Of a stretch of 64,000 nucleotides of DNA, positions 40,406 to 54,640 are shown piece after piece (positions within the stretch are counted from its first letter, which is position 1; every line of letters begins with the position of its first letter). The stretch comes from Eledone cirrhosa (Eukaryota), in the NCBI GenBank assembly GCA_964016885.1, contig OZ024741.1, positions 117,986,001 through 118,050,000 of the forward strand. Direction: 5' to 3'. Below the pieces are notes generated by a model. It ran no database searches and was not told the origin of the DNA. It saw only the letters and a list, made by a program, of their open reading frames with translations. Position numbers and translations under genes: made by a program.

Positions 40406-41176
40406 TGTTTATAATTATGTGAAAACCTTCCATTGTAATTTTCATTTTTGTTTCAAACATTAGACAAATAATGAAGAGATTTAGTGACATTTCTAAATCC
40501 CTCCAAATTCTTGATTATTTCAAAATTATAGGCAGTGTTTTTAACCTTCTGGGCACTCTAGGTGCCTTATGTCGCCGATAGAGTAATCGCCCCTTAATAG
40601 ATAATGCAATGTCAAGGGAAGCAATTCGTAAAAAAATTCAGCATGCTAAAGATTAAATTAGAAATCCTTATTATCATCATCAAGTAGTTGGCAATTAAAC
40701 TGGCTCCCCACCAGACCCTAGTCTAGTGAGGAGGGTAAGTGGAATCTCAGCTGCACAAAAAACAAGAGCTCTTAATAGGGCAGATGAACTTCTCAGAGTC
40801 AACGGCTATCCACTTCAACTAAGGGTGAAATAGCCTCACTAACCCACAATTGGCCAAGTATGGTAAGTACGGCTACACCCCTTACATGACCAAAACCAAA
40901 CAGAAAGCAGTGGGGGTCAACCAGGGAGGGGTCCTCTAACAAGTGTGAAAAGGCTCTGGATTGGATTACCATCACAGTTTAACATTATTTTCCCTGTTGG
41001 CATGAGTTAGACATATGGTAATGAAAGGATTAAGAACACACAGACTGTTATAGTCAGTTTTTATTTCTTGTGTTATCCAAATGTTTGTTTCACCTCATTG
41101 ACCTGGTCACTGACACAAGCATCAACTTGATTATAAGAAAGTTAGTCGTGTTACGAAATCACTACAAATTCTAGAT

Positions 41177-41680
41177 CAGTGGTTCTCAACCAAGGTCCAT
41201 GCGGCCTTTGAGGTATCATATTAGATGTTTTGGAGTCCATACAAGAAGTGAAATAGTAAATTCAGGATCCATGGCTGTATTTTAAGAGTCCATAAAAAAT
41301 CTTTTGCTCTAGATGTATATATTGCAAGAAACTATCTTAAGCAATAGAAAAAGAAACTTATTCGTTTCGCTTCATTCTGTGGTGATGAAATAAAAATATA
41401 AAACAGATATTTAATGGAATACTGTTGGTATTTATGACTTATTTTACTAATAAACATTTATTTTCCATAGAATTTAGTTATTAAAATTCATGTGTGATAA
41501 ATTAGTTATACTTCTACAATACACAAAATATTTTAACAATTTTTTAATACAATTCCTAATAGCATTTAATTAAATACGATAGGATTTTTTAAACATTGAA
41601 TAGCTATGGTGGTCTACCAGAGTAAAATAAGGATCAAAGGGGCCCTTAAGTAAAAAAAACCCAAAAAACCAGGACCAGTT
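41177..41680. mobile_element. hAT-like non-autonomous element
   Basis: Starts CAGTGGTTCTCAACC; right end is degenerate. Confidence 0.45.
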
Positions 41681-42919
41681 TTAGATTATTTTCAAAATTA
41701 TTGGAAAATCATAGGTAGATGTTTTTCATTAGAAATATGGTAATGAAAGAGTTAATAAAAGAGTCTAATGTGAGATCCATTTAGACATCCAATCCCCATA
41801 GCTAAGATAATGGTAGAAATAAAGGTCACAATATAGAGAAAAAAAGGAGAGATAGAGTGGAAATATGGGAGAGTAGGGTTATCAGGAAGGAAAGTGCATT
41901 TGGAATAATGTGTGGTGGGAAGAGGAGATGATCAGGAGATAAATAGATGTTGTAGGAAGATGAGCAGGAGAAAAAAAGAAGGTGTGTGGTGAGGAGAGGA
42001 GGAGATCAGGAGAGAAATGGGTGTGGTAAGGGAAGAGTGGTCAGGAGAGAAAAGGGGAGTTTGGAAGGGGTGTGATAGAGAGATTAGAAGAAAGAAAATA
42101 GTGTTAGAGAGGTCATGGGAAGACCGGAATAGTGAAATGATAAGTGGATTGATGGTTGAACACACAAATACATACACACACATACTCTCTCTTTATCTCC
42201 CTCTCACACACACACAGACGCACATATGTGTGTGTGTATATATATATATACACACACACAAACATATACACACATACTTATACCCTCTCTCTCTCTCATA
42301 TCTATTAATATAATTCACAGCCAGTAAACTCTGATTGTCTGTCACTCTTTGAATGCCAAAAATATTCTCACTGAATTCTATAATGAACGGATATATATAT
42401 ATCATATATATGAGAGATTCAGCATCATTTTATGTCTACTTTTCCATACTGACATAGGTTGGTCTGGTTGTTACAGACCAACTACATAATTTGAGCTACT
42501 CTCCTCATATACATTCCAAGTTTTCAGCATAGTTTCTCTAGATGGATGCCTTACCTAATGCCAACCACTTTACAGAGTATGCTGGGTTTATTTTATCAAG
42601 GCACTAGCTCTAAATACGACATTGTGTTCTTGGTAGAACTAAAAAGTTCCCTCAAGCCTCTTTGTTCTTCTTCTCTGTGTCTCCTCTTCTTTTTGGTCTT
42701 ATTCTAAATATTCCATCTTATCTTGCTGTCATGATTTCACATCAAGAATCTTGAAAAACATACATAAATATAACATGTTGGGAGATGTTTATTTAAATAG
42801 GAATCCTTTAAAATAGCTGGTTTCATTTCATACAACCAGAGGTAGTTTTTGGCATTCTAGTATCAAAAATATTAATGGTAGTATCAAAGGGTTAATCCTG
42901 AGTCACTTAATGATTCTAC

Positions 42920-43300
42920 TGACAGTCTATTGTTGGACAAATTGTGAATAATTTTTCCTGACTTCAATTTGGTTTCTGTGCAAGAACTCGATTTCTGGCT
43001 GTGTATGGTTCAGCAAGAAAATGTAGATATTTGCCGCAATCATTGTAATAGTAATCCATCTGTAACTTTTAGCTACACCTAAATTACCTTTCTTGAGAAA
43101 TAGGAGAATACAACCTTCAGTCCACTTTTAAATTATACTTTGATTGTATACTGCATTACAAAATTGAAGGAAGGTATCATTCAATAGCCCTGTCTCGCAG
43201 ATTCTTGCTGACATAGTATCAGGGCCAGCTGCTTTAACATTTGCATTACTCTATATATGGTATTGTATTTTTGCTGTAATGGTTTTACCTTACATAGCTA
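42920..43300 (-). mobile_element. Non-LTR retrotransposon RT N-terminal fragment
   Basis: Manual translation: KAAGPD...FLQFCNAVYNQ...KWTEGCILLFLKKGNLGVAKSYRWITIT. Confidence 0.65.
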
Positions 43301-44548
43301 TCTCACATTGTATCGATTCAATAAGATTTTGATATTATTTATTTTGAGAACAATACCTTAAAGTCAGTATGAGGGGCTGGTTATGGCCAATTTGAACAGA
43401 AAGAGGGGAGAGAATTCTGGCTGGATACAGCCAGTTTAAATGCTAAAGGGTTAATGCTTTGGGTCCTTTTCAGTACATCAGAGTTCATCTAATGTGAAAT
43501 CACTAAGTTTTATGTCAAGATCATATTTAATAGATAGACCTATAGATAGGTCTATCAGAAATTACTGGGGGTTACTGAGAATGTTCTGGAAATGTTCTTT
43601 CCATTTGTCTTGTTGTTGCTGTTGTTCCGGCTTTTAATTTCAACTTAGTCATCTTTTTCCTGACATTGTTTTCATTGGTGTGAAGGTATGAAGTTTAGTG
43701 GTTAGGGAGTTGGATTCACAATCGTGAAATTGTGAGTTTGATTTCCGGGCCAGGCGATGTGCTGTGTCCTTAAGCATTATACTTTATTTCATGTTGCTCC
43801 TTCTGCCAGTTGTGATCAGTAGATAATATCAGTAATTGGAAAAACCAATGGAAACATTGTTTTCTTTGTTCAATCTGACGAGTTCTACCTCATTTAGTAA
43901 GCGATTCTTGTTGATTCAGATAAAAAAATATATTCATTGGCAGCTTGCCACATCAGAGAGGATCGTTTGTATGCTGCTGCTTGTACAATCAAATGTATTT
44001 GGCCTACAATATATTTCGCTTGTTTGCTTTAATAGATGTAGATAATATCTTGCTAAACTTTTTTTTAATTTAAATAACCCTAACCCTAACTTTTTTTAAA
44101 ATTTAGTGATATCTGTTCTGGAAGGTTTGGTTGATTTTAAATGAGCAACACTCTTCAATTGGTTGCACTTTTCAGTAACTAGTTCAGGCTTGCATGGAAT
44201 TCATAATTGGATTTTAGTCCTAATGGGAATACATTTTTCTACAACTTGTTGATGAGAGATGACAAAATTGGATTGGCAGTATCGGTAGAGGGTCAGACGC
44301 CATGCTTTTCAGCAAAGAGTTTCAGCCCTTTATGATCTGAGTTCAAATCCCGCTGATTGGCAGTATTGGTAGAGGGTCGGACGCCATGCTTTCTAGCATA
44401 GTTACGTCCCTTTACGGTCTGAGTTCAAATCCCACCGACGTTAACTTTGCCTTTCATCCTTACGGGGTCGGTAAAATAAAGTACCACCAATACACTGGGA
44501 TAATTGCTGGCCTTGTGCCAAAAGTAGAAACAATTATTATTATTATTA

Positions 44549-44585
<37 letters not shown>

Positions 44586-45579
44586 GTGTGTTTGGGAAGC
44601 TGGTTTCAGTTGAGCCTGTGTTTTACTGATACTATGTGTTGTATGATGTGTTGTATGATTTTTTAAATATGGTAAATAGTTCACTAGATAGTACACAATG
44701 ATCAGAGTTGACCACCCCCTCAATTCCACCAGACAGTATACAATGATCAGAGCTGATCCCTTGAAAGGAAGTATGTGCCCCACAGTTTAGCTCACTGTTT
44801 TTCAGTTAATATTAATGAATATCCGCCGAGGTTAACTTTGCCTTTCATCCTTTCGGGGTCAATAAAATAAAGCACCAGTAATGTACTGGGTAATTGCTGG
44901 CCTTGTGCCAAAAGTAGAAACAATTAATGAATATCTAGTTAAGTTGGCCCTTAGCACCATTGGAATAAGTATCTGTCCATAATTTGGATCGTTTCTTTAG
45001 AAATTGAATATCTAGATATAGTTTGCTACTTTCAGTGATGAGATCTAGCATATACTGACCATTTTGAAAATTTTTACTTGTTATTTTGGTCTATCTGTGA
45101 GTTCAAATCCTGATGAGGTTAGCTTTGCCTTTCATCCTTACGGGGGTCGATAAAATAAAGTACCAGTAATGCACTGGGGATCGATTTAATCAACCCACCC
45201 TCCCAAAAAATTGTTGGCCGTATGTTTAAATCAAGAACCATTATTTTGGCCTATCCCTGAATTTAAGTCTCCACCAATGATTAAAACATGATGTTTTGGT
45301 GACATTTCAAATAAGAGAGGGCAGCTGGTTATAGAAAGTATAGAAATTGAGATGATGCAAATGTTCATTATGAAAACAGAAACAACCCCCTATAGTTGCA
45401 CTGAATTCTTTTTTAACACAGATAGACACATAAACAAAACCCTAGTTCTTACAAATATATATAACATACAGAAAATACCACTATTAAGCACTGCATGCAT
45501 ATTACATGTAGTAACTGCTTTCTATACAATAGACATAACTTGAAAATATAACACTGCACATACCCAAGGTACACATTTC

Positions 45580-45909
45580 ATTTCATTTTACGTCCACTTT
45601 TCCCTGCTTGCAAGGGTGGGACGGGAACTGATGCTGGCTTGATTTCTACAGCTGGATGCCCTTCCTAACACCAACCTCATTTACAGTGAGTGCTGGGTGC
45701 TTTTTTGCCGTGGCACCTCCACGACCACTTTGCAGTGGAATGATATGGACCCCAGTCCCTATCATCTCATTTCTACAGCTGAGTAAACTGGAGCAATGTG
45801 AAATAAAGTGTCTTACTCAAGGAAACAACACATCACCCAGTCTGAGAATTGAACTCACAACCTTTCGATTGCAAGGCCAATGCTCTAACCACTAAGCCAT
45901 GTGCCTCCA
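45580..45909 (-). mobile_element. tRNA-head/CORE-type SINE with RTE-derived 3' tail; further copies 23370-23795 and 48964-49449
   Basis: Minus strand: A box TGGCTTAGTGG, B box GAGTTCAATTC, CORE-like CCTTGAGYAAGACACTT, then the RTE 3' UTR (48-bp unit, TTAGGAAGGGCATCCAGC, GGACGTAAAATGA). Confidence 0.8.
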
Positions 45910-46459
45910 GAGCTGTGCTTGGTAATGCAGAGACAACACACAAGTGCTTTAGGAATGATAAAAAACAAAATATGTACAGACCAAACATCCAGGATTTAGA
46001 AATATGCACAACATAGAGAAAAATAACACAACTTGGCACTGCACACAAATATTATGCAGAGTACTTTCTATACGGTAGAAACAATAACACAAAGATATAA
46101 TACTGCACATACCCAATGTACACAAAGTTGTTGTTGGTAATACAATGACAGCACATAGCTACTCTGGGAATGAAAAAACAAAAGAAAACTGGTATTAATA
46201 ACCAAAGTTACAGCATTTATAAATATTCAGAAAATACTACTATTGACACTGCATAAACATTGCATAGAAAATGCTTCAATACAATATAAATGATAGCACC
46301 CAAAACAATTTTGCATGTACCCAAGATACACAGAGCTAGGATGATGATGATGATGATAAAGATTTCAATTGTTTTCCACAATGGCACCACATGAAAGGGA
46401 TATTACAAGAAAATGTTACATAGTGCGTGTGTGTATATACATATATATATATCTTGGGA

Positions 46460-46555
46460 GGTCCGACGAGCTTTTGATTCCAGAATCGGGCCAGATCAAT
46501 ACATACAGATCAAACCTTGAGCTGATCAGTGAAATATGCGTCACCAATCAATAAA
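46460..46555 (+). ncRNA. Variant hammerhead (CCGACGA core, expanded stem II), homologous to 9263
   Basis: GGT-CCGACGA-GCT...AGT-GAAA-TATGCG-TC-ACC-aatcAATAAA; the internal CCAGA(G/A)TC(A/G)GG..GATC..ACAGATC..AGCTG block is shared with 9263 and 47646-47800. Confidence 0.6.
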
Positions 46556-47166
46556 CGTAATAAAGACATAACAAATCGTCCTTTTAATATTTGGATTGGC
46601 AGCATCGGTAGAGGGTCGGACGCCTTGCTTTGCAAGCATAGAGTTATGCCCCTTTATGATCTGAGTTCAAATCCAGCCGAGGTTAACTTTGCCTTTTATC
46701 CTTACAGGGTCGATAAAATAAAGTACCAGTAATACTCTGGTATAATTGCTGGCCTTGTGCCAAAAGGAGAAACAATTATTATTATATATATATATATATA
46801 TATATATTATTATTATTATTATCATCATCATCACTATTTAACATCCATTTTTCCATGCTTGCATGGGTTATATATATATATATATATATGAGTGGAGGTG
46901 CGTGGCCTAGTGGTAAGGGTATTGGACTTACGATCATAATGTCATGAGTTTGCTACCTGGGCTGGGTTGCGTGTTGTGTTCTTGAGTAAACCACTTCATT
47001 TCATGTTGTTCCAGTACTCAGCTGAAATTGAATACTAGCAATAGCTGGGGGTTTAACCCTGTGATAGACTAGAGTCCTGTCCAGGGGAGAGTCTTGCACC
47101 CTTAGTCTCTTCATGCCATGGAACCAGGATAAGCATTGGCCTAACAAGTCTTCTTGCTTAGGACAG

Positions 47167-47258
<92 letters not shown>

Positions 47259-47645
47259 AATAGATATATAAATAGATATATAAATATATTTATATATATA
47301 TAAATAGATATATAAATATATATATATATATATAAATATATATATACATGTGTGTTTGTGTGTCCATTGTGTTGACCCTCCAAGTGTGTGTATATACAAG
47401 CAGGGAAAAGCGGACGTAAAATGATGATGATGATGATGAATATAATATAATAAAAATGAAATTATTGTGTACAGTGCTCGGGTGCACTACAGCTCACCAA
47501 AGGTGCACGTATAGTACATAGAATAATGTACAAATTTCAGGAAAATGAACAGTGTATGAGTCATGATATACATGTGTGCGTGTGTATGGAGGAGGGATAT
47601 CAGGTATAGTGTTGGCGAATTTCAAGAAGCATGGAGGTTTCAAAG

Positions 47646-47935
47646 GATCTGGCCCGACTCTGGAATCAATAGCTCATATAACCTCTGCTGTTGTAAAGAC
47701 AGAATGAACATATAAAGCATAGAAATGTCTGTAATCTTTCCCAATACAGATCGAACAATGAGCTGATCAATAGCGAAACACGCGTCACCAATCAGTAAAC
47801 GTAATGAAGGCTTAACAAATCATCCTTGTATTATTATATTATGCTCTTTTTAGCTCTACATCTTCACTGACGTGAACCTAAACATCGAGTGCTCACCTGG
47901 GTGAACCTACAGTAACCACACGTTATACTCCCTGG
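47646..47935 (+). mobile_element. Rearranged third copy of the variant-hammerhead element (5' half inverted) with 3' tail
   Basis: 47740-47800 reads ...GAGCTGATCAATAGC-GAAA-CACGCG-TC-ACC. 47646-47685 is the reverse complement of the 5' half (GCTATTGATTCCAGAGTCGGGCCAGATC). Tail ends at (TA)n. Confidence 0.6.
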
Positions 47936-47948
47936 ATATATATATATA

Positions 47949-48025
47949 CAGGGTGTCCCAAAAATGTATACACAATATTATTAGAATGCTTTTGAAGTGA
48001 GTATACATTTTTTGGAGACAGCCTG
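47949..48025. mobile_element. 77-bp Tc1/mariner-type MITE
   Basis: TA-CAGGGTGTCCCAAAAATGTATAC...GTATACATTTTTTGGAGACAGCCTG-TA. Confidence 0.75.
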
Positions 48026-48492
48026 TATATACATATACAATATACATGAAAGAGTCAACAACAACAACAAAACCTAAAACACAGAATAGACAACAAAGGG
48101 TCGATGCAAACAATTATATATATATATACACATACATATATACATGTACACACACATATACATATGTACTTACATACATACATGTACACACACATATACA
48201 TACTTACATACATACATACCTACATGCATACATATATATATATACATACATACACGTTGTTATACAGTAGAATTTGGCAAGATGCCAAGTGAGGAGAAGC
48301 CTAATATTCTAAGTACGGCAAGTCGTGGAGCTATGTATGTGAGCCATGTTACTGATAAGATGATGAATAAATAGTTACTTTCTAATGTATTATTCATAGT
48401 TTTTATTGATATTGTAGGTTCACTTGATGTTAGGTAAGGGTAGGTTGCAGTAGTTATCAGTAACTAATATATTATATGTATATATATATATA

Positions 48493-48962
48493 TGATCAAA
48501 ATAGACAGTAGCTACGGAGTAGGCAGACCCAGAAAAATCTGGGACGACTTGATAAAATCCGACCTCACACACTTACACCTCTCCAAGACAATGTCATCTT
48601 TGGCGCTACGTAGTAATACAGAAGACCCACCTTGCCTAAGTACAAAGCAAAACCTACAGTCTGTAGGCACCTCTTAACCAAAATACACCCCCGTCTCACA
48701 TCCAGTCCTAAATAAATGAGGTCGTGTAGGTGTCACGACAAAAAAACACACTGTCTATGCTGTAATGTGGCCGTGTAAGTAACATGGTAAAAACCTCCCA
48801 GTCCACACTGTAAATGTGGTTGGTGTTAGGAAGGGCATCCAGTCGTAGAAAACCCGCCAGATAGTCCTGAGCAAGACAACCAATCTTGCCTCAAGTGGGA
48901 CAATTCCCGTCCAGACCCATGCTAGCGTGGAAAATGGACGTTAAACGATGATGATGATGATG
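48493..48962 (+). mobile_element. RTE LINE 3' end
   Basis: GVGRPRKIWDDLIKSDL, shared 3' UTR and (GAT)n tail. Confidence 0.85.
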
Positions 48963-49885
48963 ACATCATCATCATCATTTTACGTCCGCTTTTCCCTGCT
49001 TACAAGGGTGGGACGGGAACTGATTCTGGCTTGATTTCTACAGCTGGATGCCCTTCCTAACACCAACCTCATTTACAGTGAGTGCTGGGTGCTTTTTTGC
49101 CGTGGCACCTCCACGACCACTTTACAGTGTGGGCTGGGTGTTTTTTTGCCGTGACACCTCCACGACCACTTTACAGTGAGTGCTGGGTGCTTTTTTGCCG
49201 TGACACCTCCACGACCACTTTACAGTGAGTGCTGGGTGCTTTTTTTTGCCGTGGCACCTCCACGACCACTTTGCAGTGGAATGATAGGGACCCCAGTTCC
49301 TATCATCTCATTTCTACAGCTGAGTAAACTGGAGCAATGTGAAATAAAGTGTCTTGCTCAAGGAAACAACACATCACCCGGTCTGAGAATTGAACTCACA
49401 ACCTTTCGATTGCAAGGCCAATGTACTAACCACTAAGCCATGTGCCTCCATATATACATATATATATATGTGTGTGTGTGTTATGTATACACGCATATAT
49501 GTGTATGTGTGCGTGTTGTATACATCTGTGCAATTACATGTATATATATCATATGCATGTGTATAAAGGCATATACATGTATGTGTATATATATATGTGT
49601 GTGTGTATTTATATATATGTGCATGTATATAAATGTATATGTGTGTATGTATATATGTTCATGTATATATATATATATTTATATATATATATAACCCATG
49701 CAAGCGTGGAAGATGGACGTTAAACGATGATGATGATGATGATGATATATATATAAATATATTGTTATACTTTGGGAGGGTCATGTTGCCAATAAGAAAC
49801 ACATGCACCAGTTGCTTTCACTTCAATTTATTATAAATTTCCGGTTGGTTGGTTGGTTCCACAACCGGATGGTTGTACATATATT

Positions 49886-49928
49886 GTCAAAGTTCTTTCA
49901 TCACACATTCTATGACCTCTTCAGTGAC
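49886..49928 (-). ncRNA. Minimal hammerhead, GAAA-GAAC-UU family (solo pLTR-like copy ~49760-49965)
   Basis: Minus strand: GTCA-CTGAAGA-gGTCA tagaatgtg TGAT-GAAA-GAAC-TT-TGAC; 4-bp stem I. Confidence 0.7.
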
Positions 49929-49994
49929 TGGGGATTCTTTTCTTTGTTTTGTGCCTCTCCTTTGTATATATATATGTGTGTATATAAATATATA

Positions 49995-50172
49995 TAACAA
50001 AGAGGGTTTGGTAAGATACCAGCTGAACCATAATGCACCAGAGTACTCAATACTTAGGGTAGTAGAGGGGGTAATATAAAAAGAGTCAGGACCCCGACGG
50101 CAGAGCTCCTACCATTTCAGATCTAGCTGTCGAAACGGCCGGAGTTCAACCGTCGGGGTCCTGACTCTTTTC
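49995..50172 (-). mobile_element. Fold-back element, copy D
   Basis: GAGTACTCAAT at 50041; arms AAAAGAGTCAGGACCCCGACGG / CCGTCGGGGTCCTGACTCTTTT. Confidence 0.75.
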
Positions 50173-50218
50173 ATATATGTTCATGTATATATGTATATTT
50201 ACATGGTTGTATATATGC

Positions 50219-50267
<49 letters not shown>

Positions 50268-53200
50268 TGTGTGAGTATATAATGTTATGATTAGAGAATT
50301 CACAATTCAACAAAATCTTTATATTTGGATTGTAAAGTGTATTGTACTTATTAAGAATACTGTTATTAATAAATATACCCACACATATATATGTGGTGTG
50401 TGTGTGTGTATATGTGTCTGAGAGCATATGTGTGTGCATGTGTCTCAGAGCATATGTACACAATTGTGTAACGTTGTATGCATTGTGTAACATTAAAACA
50501 ATTCTATTATAGAATGACACTCATAAAGATACATAATATTTATAATTAGCAGCTGCCTCCAATCACATCAGGCATTAAGTTCTATTTGAATACTGGTCCA
50601 TTATTTTCAGTCTATCAAGCCTATCAATTGTATATAAATATTATCATCATCATCATCCAGTTTTTGATTATGCAGGACACAATTAATCCACTAGTAGGGG
50701 TGTGTTTGTCTGACAGTGCTCCTTAACGTCCTGCTCCATGTGTTTCTGTCCACTGGTCTCACTTGAGCCAGGCCAAGCCTAGCTTGATCCTGACGGACAT
50801 CCTCCATCCAAGTTCTTTTTGGTCTTCCTGGGCTTCTACTGCCTCCTGAATCGACATTCATCACAATAGCAATGAGATAAAACCTCATAGGAGGCCAGCT
50901 AAACCTACATGGGTGTGAGCTGTAAGAACAGCATTGGTTTTCCTATCATCAAAACATCCAAGAAACTTCCTATGAGATACAATCCTACTAGAGATTACAA
51001 TCCAGCTAGGCGGTGTGAGCAGTAAATTTAATTTCATTCTTTCATTAATGAAATAATTAATAAGTTTAGTAAATCCCTTAATGTTAGTACTTAATATAAT
51101 ACTTTCCCTCATAATTTTACATAAGTTTTTTTTTAATGTTCCAAGCATCAACTTACTAATGAAAAAATGATTATATTAAATTCCTTAAGTTTTTAAAAAT
51201 TATTTTCAAAATAATTTTAAACACTAAGCAATGTATTTCATTTGAAAGGCAGTAACAAAAAAGTTACTTAATTGAAGTATAGGGTATTTCATTAGAAATT
51301 AGGTTAACATTATAAAGAAGGTCAGGAAAGGGTTAAGAATTTATTTAAAAAGGTACCTCATGCTAAAGAAAGGTCACCTTCAATGCTATAATGCTATTCG
51401 TTATGACTATCAGGTGTTGCAAAGCATTCAGTTGCATAAATTATACTTTGTTTTGTTTCTAGCTATTCCATATTCATGTTCCCTTGTTGAAAAACTATGT
51501 CACTAGCCAAAATTAAATACTGGAGACCAATTTTTGGTTTATGTCTTATAGAAGAAAGAGCAGTAAGCCTTGACCTTTGTGGGGTGTGTGTGTGGTGGTG
51601 GTGATGGTAGTGATGGTAGTGCTAGTGATATAGTGGTGGTGGTATAGTGGAGATGGTGTGATGTGATTGTGATAGATGTTAGTAGTGATTGTAGTGGAGA
51701 TGGTCACTATGATGTCGTGCTGGTGGTGGTGGTGCTGGTGTTACATGGAGATGGTGTGGTGAGTGGTGTTCTTTGAGGTAGTGGTGGTGGTTGCTGGTGA
51801 TGGTGTTGGTGATAGTTGTGATGGTGTTAATGGTGGATGAAAAGGAGGAGGAGGAGGTTTGGGAATTCTTGAGTGATTGCAATGTAAAATTCTGAACTAC
51901 ACAGTCATTCCCGCATCTATACACATACATGTACACACACATGCACATACACACATATAGTGTAGAATGCTTATAGAAGAAGGGACATTTGGTAGGAGAT
52001 GTGGAAGACATTGGATAACATTGTAAAGAATTACCTCAAGAAACTGACCTCATGAAGGAGAAGATACAGGATCAAATTGACCAGTGATTTACTGAGCTAC
52101 AAATGACCCATCCACCAACACAAGAATTCCTCCAAGAAATGACCTCATGAAGAAGACGCAGGATCAAGTTGACTAGCAATTTTCTGAACTACAAATGACC
52201 CATCCACCAATGCAAGCTCTAGTATTCTAAAAATAAATGTGGCAAATGATTAGTAACTATGTAGAGAGATTCCCTTAGCCTGCAGAGGACAAGACAACAT
52301 CTGGTGTCACAATGGAATACACTAGGCACCTCTCCTGTAAAATGGTGGGTTAACAAGCCAAGATAATATAGAGTAGAGAGGATCCTCTGGTCCTGCCAAG
52401 TACCTGACAACGTCTCTAGTGCTGGTGTCATGATAAAATGCACCAAGAACACTATGTAAAGTGGTTGGCAATCAGAGACAATATAGGGTAGAGACATATG
52501 ACCATCTCTCTAGTGATAGTGCTATGATAAAATGTACCCAGTACACTCTGTAAAGTGGTAGTGTTGGTGTCACAATAAAATACACTCAATGCACTCTGTA
52601 AAATGGTAGTGCTGGTATCACAATAAAATACACTCATGTATTGTGAAGTGGTTGTGCTGATGACATGATAAAATGCACCCTGTATACTCTGTAAAGTGTT
52701 TGGCATTAGGATGGATATGCAACCATAGAAACCATGCCAAATATGAAATGTTTGAACATCTGATTTCAGAATGTTACCACCTGTACAACACATGCCAACA
52801 TGGAAAGTAGACATAAAATAATGATAATGATGTTGATGATTCTGAATCTAACAGATTCTAATTATAATTAAATTCTAGTCACAAATTTATTTAATGATTA
52901 GAGCTGAAAGCATAATATATCATTTGAAGGCTGACTTTTGTAAACCAGTAGTGGTGGTAGTGAGTGGGATGTCACAGTGGTAATGGTAGTAGTACTTTAG
53001 TTAGAGGTCAACTTTGATTAAAATCATTTTAACTATGACCATCCCAGCAGTTTTGTTTTTAAGCATATTGCACCTAGCACTATGTGGGGTGGGGAGGTAA
53101 CATATTTCACTCCCAAGTAAGACCAGCCGAGCTTTGGATGTTATCCAACCATCTTGCTCGTGGTCTACATCTGGGTCTCCTGCTGGTTGGTTTTGCCTGT

Positions 53201-54423
53201 ACAATATCTCTCCAGTGATTCTTTCTGTAGACATTCTAACTATATATCCAGAGTATCATAGTTGTGATCTCTCAAGAAGTAGTGCCTCTACCAGGAGCAA
53301 ATCTTTGATCTACAAGCTATGCATTCTATTGAGTAACATTACTCCAAAGACTCTTCAGAGGAACCCCGTTTTGGCCACTAATAACTCAACTGTGAAATTA
53401 GGCCAATATAAAACACTTCTAGATCTGCATTGATATAACAATATATAATTGTATTTGTCATTGTTAGGTGTCTCATTTTTTTAGTGATATATAAGAATTA
53501 TTTCCTATCTATTCAGTTATTTTACTGTTCTTTCAAAACCTTAAAATTAAAATTACTATTACCATAGTAGTAGATATCAGCAACCTACACCATTGCTGCC
53601 CCAGTTATGCAAGCCTAGACAATGTGGGTGAAGACAAACACTCTCTGGCATGCAGAGTCCTGCTGCCCTACTGATACAAACCTAGATAGTTTGGGAAAAC
53701 ATTAACACTCTGGAATAGAGAACCCTGCTGCTCCAGTTATACAAGCCTAGACAGTGTGAGAGAACACTCTCTGGTTTGCAGACTTTTAGGTGCAAGCCAC
53801 TATATCATCCCAATGGATAGTATGGTAAAAGCGATATCCCAGAGAATAGCGAGGTACACTCATTGAAATAACCATTCCAACCTGCAGGACTCACTCCTGC
53901 AGGGGTCCATCTCTACCCCTACAGCAGTGAGTAGAGAGGTGGTAGGGGAACCAAGAACACCAGATGTCTCCATTGCTACAGTTCAACTGTTAACCACAAT
54001 CAGGAAGCAGCATGGCTGAATGATTAAGAAGTTTGCTTCAGAATCATGAGGTCCTAGATTCAATCTCTCTGTGTAGTATCTTGGGAAAGTGTAATTTACC
54101 ATTGCCTTGGGTTGAGCTTATGCCTTGTGAGTGAAACTGGGTAGACAGAAACTGTTTAGAAGTCTGTCAGATGGACTGTACCTGTAATTCAAAGGGCCAA
54201 CCATGTCACACATTGTATTACACTGAATCTCCCTGAGAATGACATTAAGGGTACACATGTCTCTGGAACACCCAACAATTTATACATTTATTACAGGAAC
54301 AGGCTGTTCCATTGATTAAACAACTGGAACATTCATTGTTGAAACCAATGGAGGTCCATTCCATTCCAGCCAAAATCAAAATTGCTGTTTGTTCTATATT
54401 AGGGATTACAATTTGTTTATCAC

Positions 54424-54640
54424 TTAGTCAGGAAGGGAAGGATAGGTACCCATGATCCTGTATTTGGCCAGGAAGGGAATACCAGTTACCTATGATCCTG
54501 TATTTAGTCAGAAAGGAAGGGTCAGTTACCTATGATCCTGTATTTATACAGGAAGGGAAGATTAGTTACCTTTGATCCTGTATTTAGTCGGGGAGGGAAG
54601 GTCAGTTACCCATGATCCTGTATTTAGTCAGGGAAAGAAG
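54424..54640. repeat. ~40-bp degenerate minisatellite, about 5 copies
   Basis: TGATCCTGTATTTAGTCAGGAAGGGAAGG.TCAGTTACC. Confidence 0.85.

Noticed and set aside
40690-40760. Possible twister or HDV-like ribozyme ending in GAGGAGGGT
   Set aside because: I could not build the required pseudoknots by eye; an Infernal search would be needed.
44075-44090. TAACCCTAACCCTAAC telomere-like repeat
   Set aside because: Under three units; expected by chance or as a repeat remnant.
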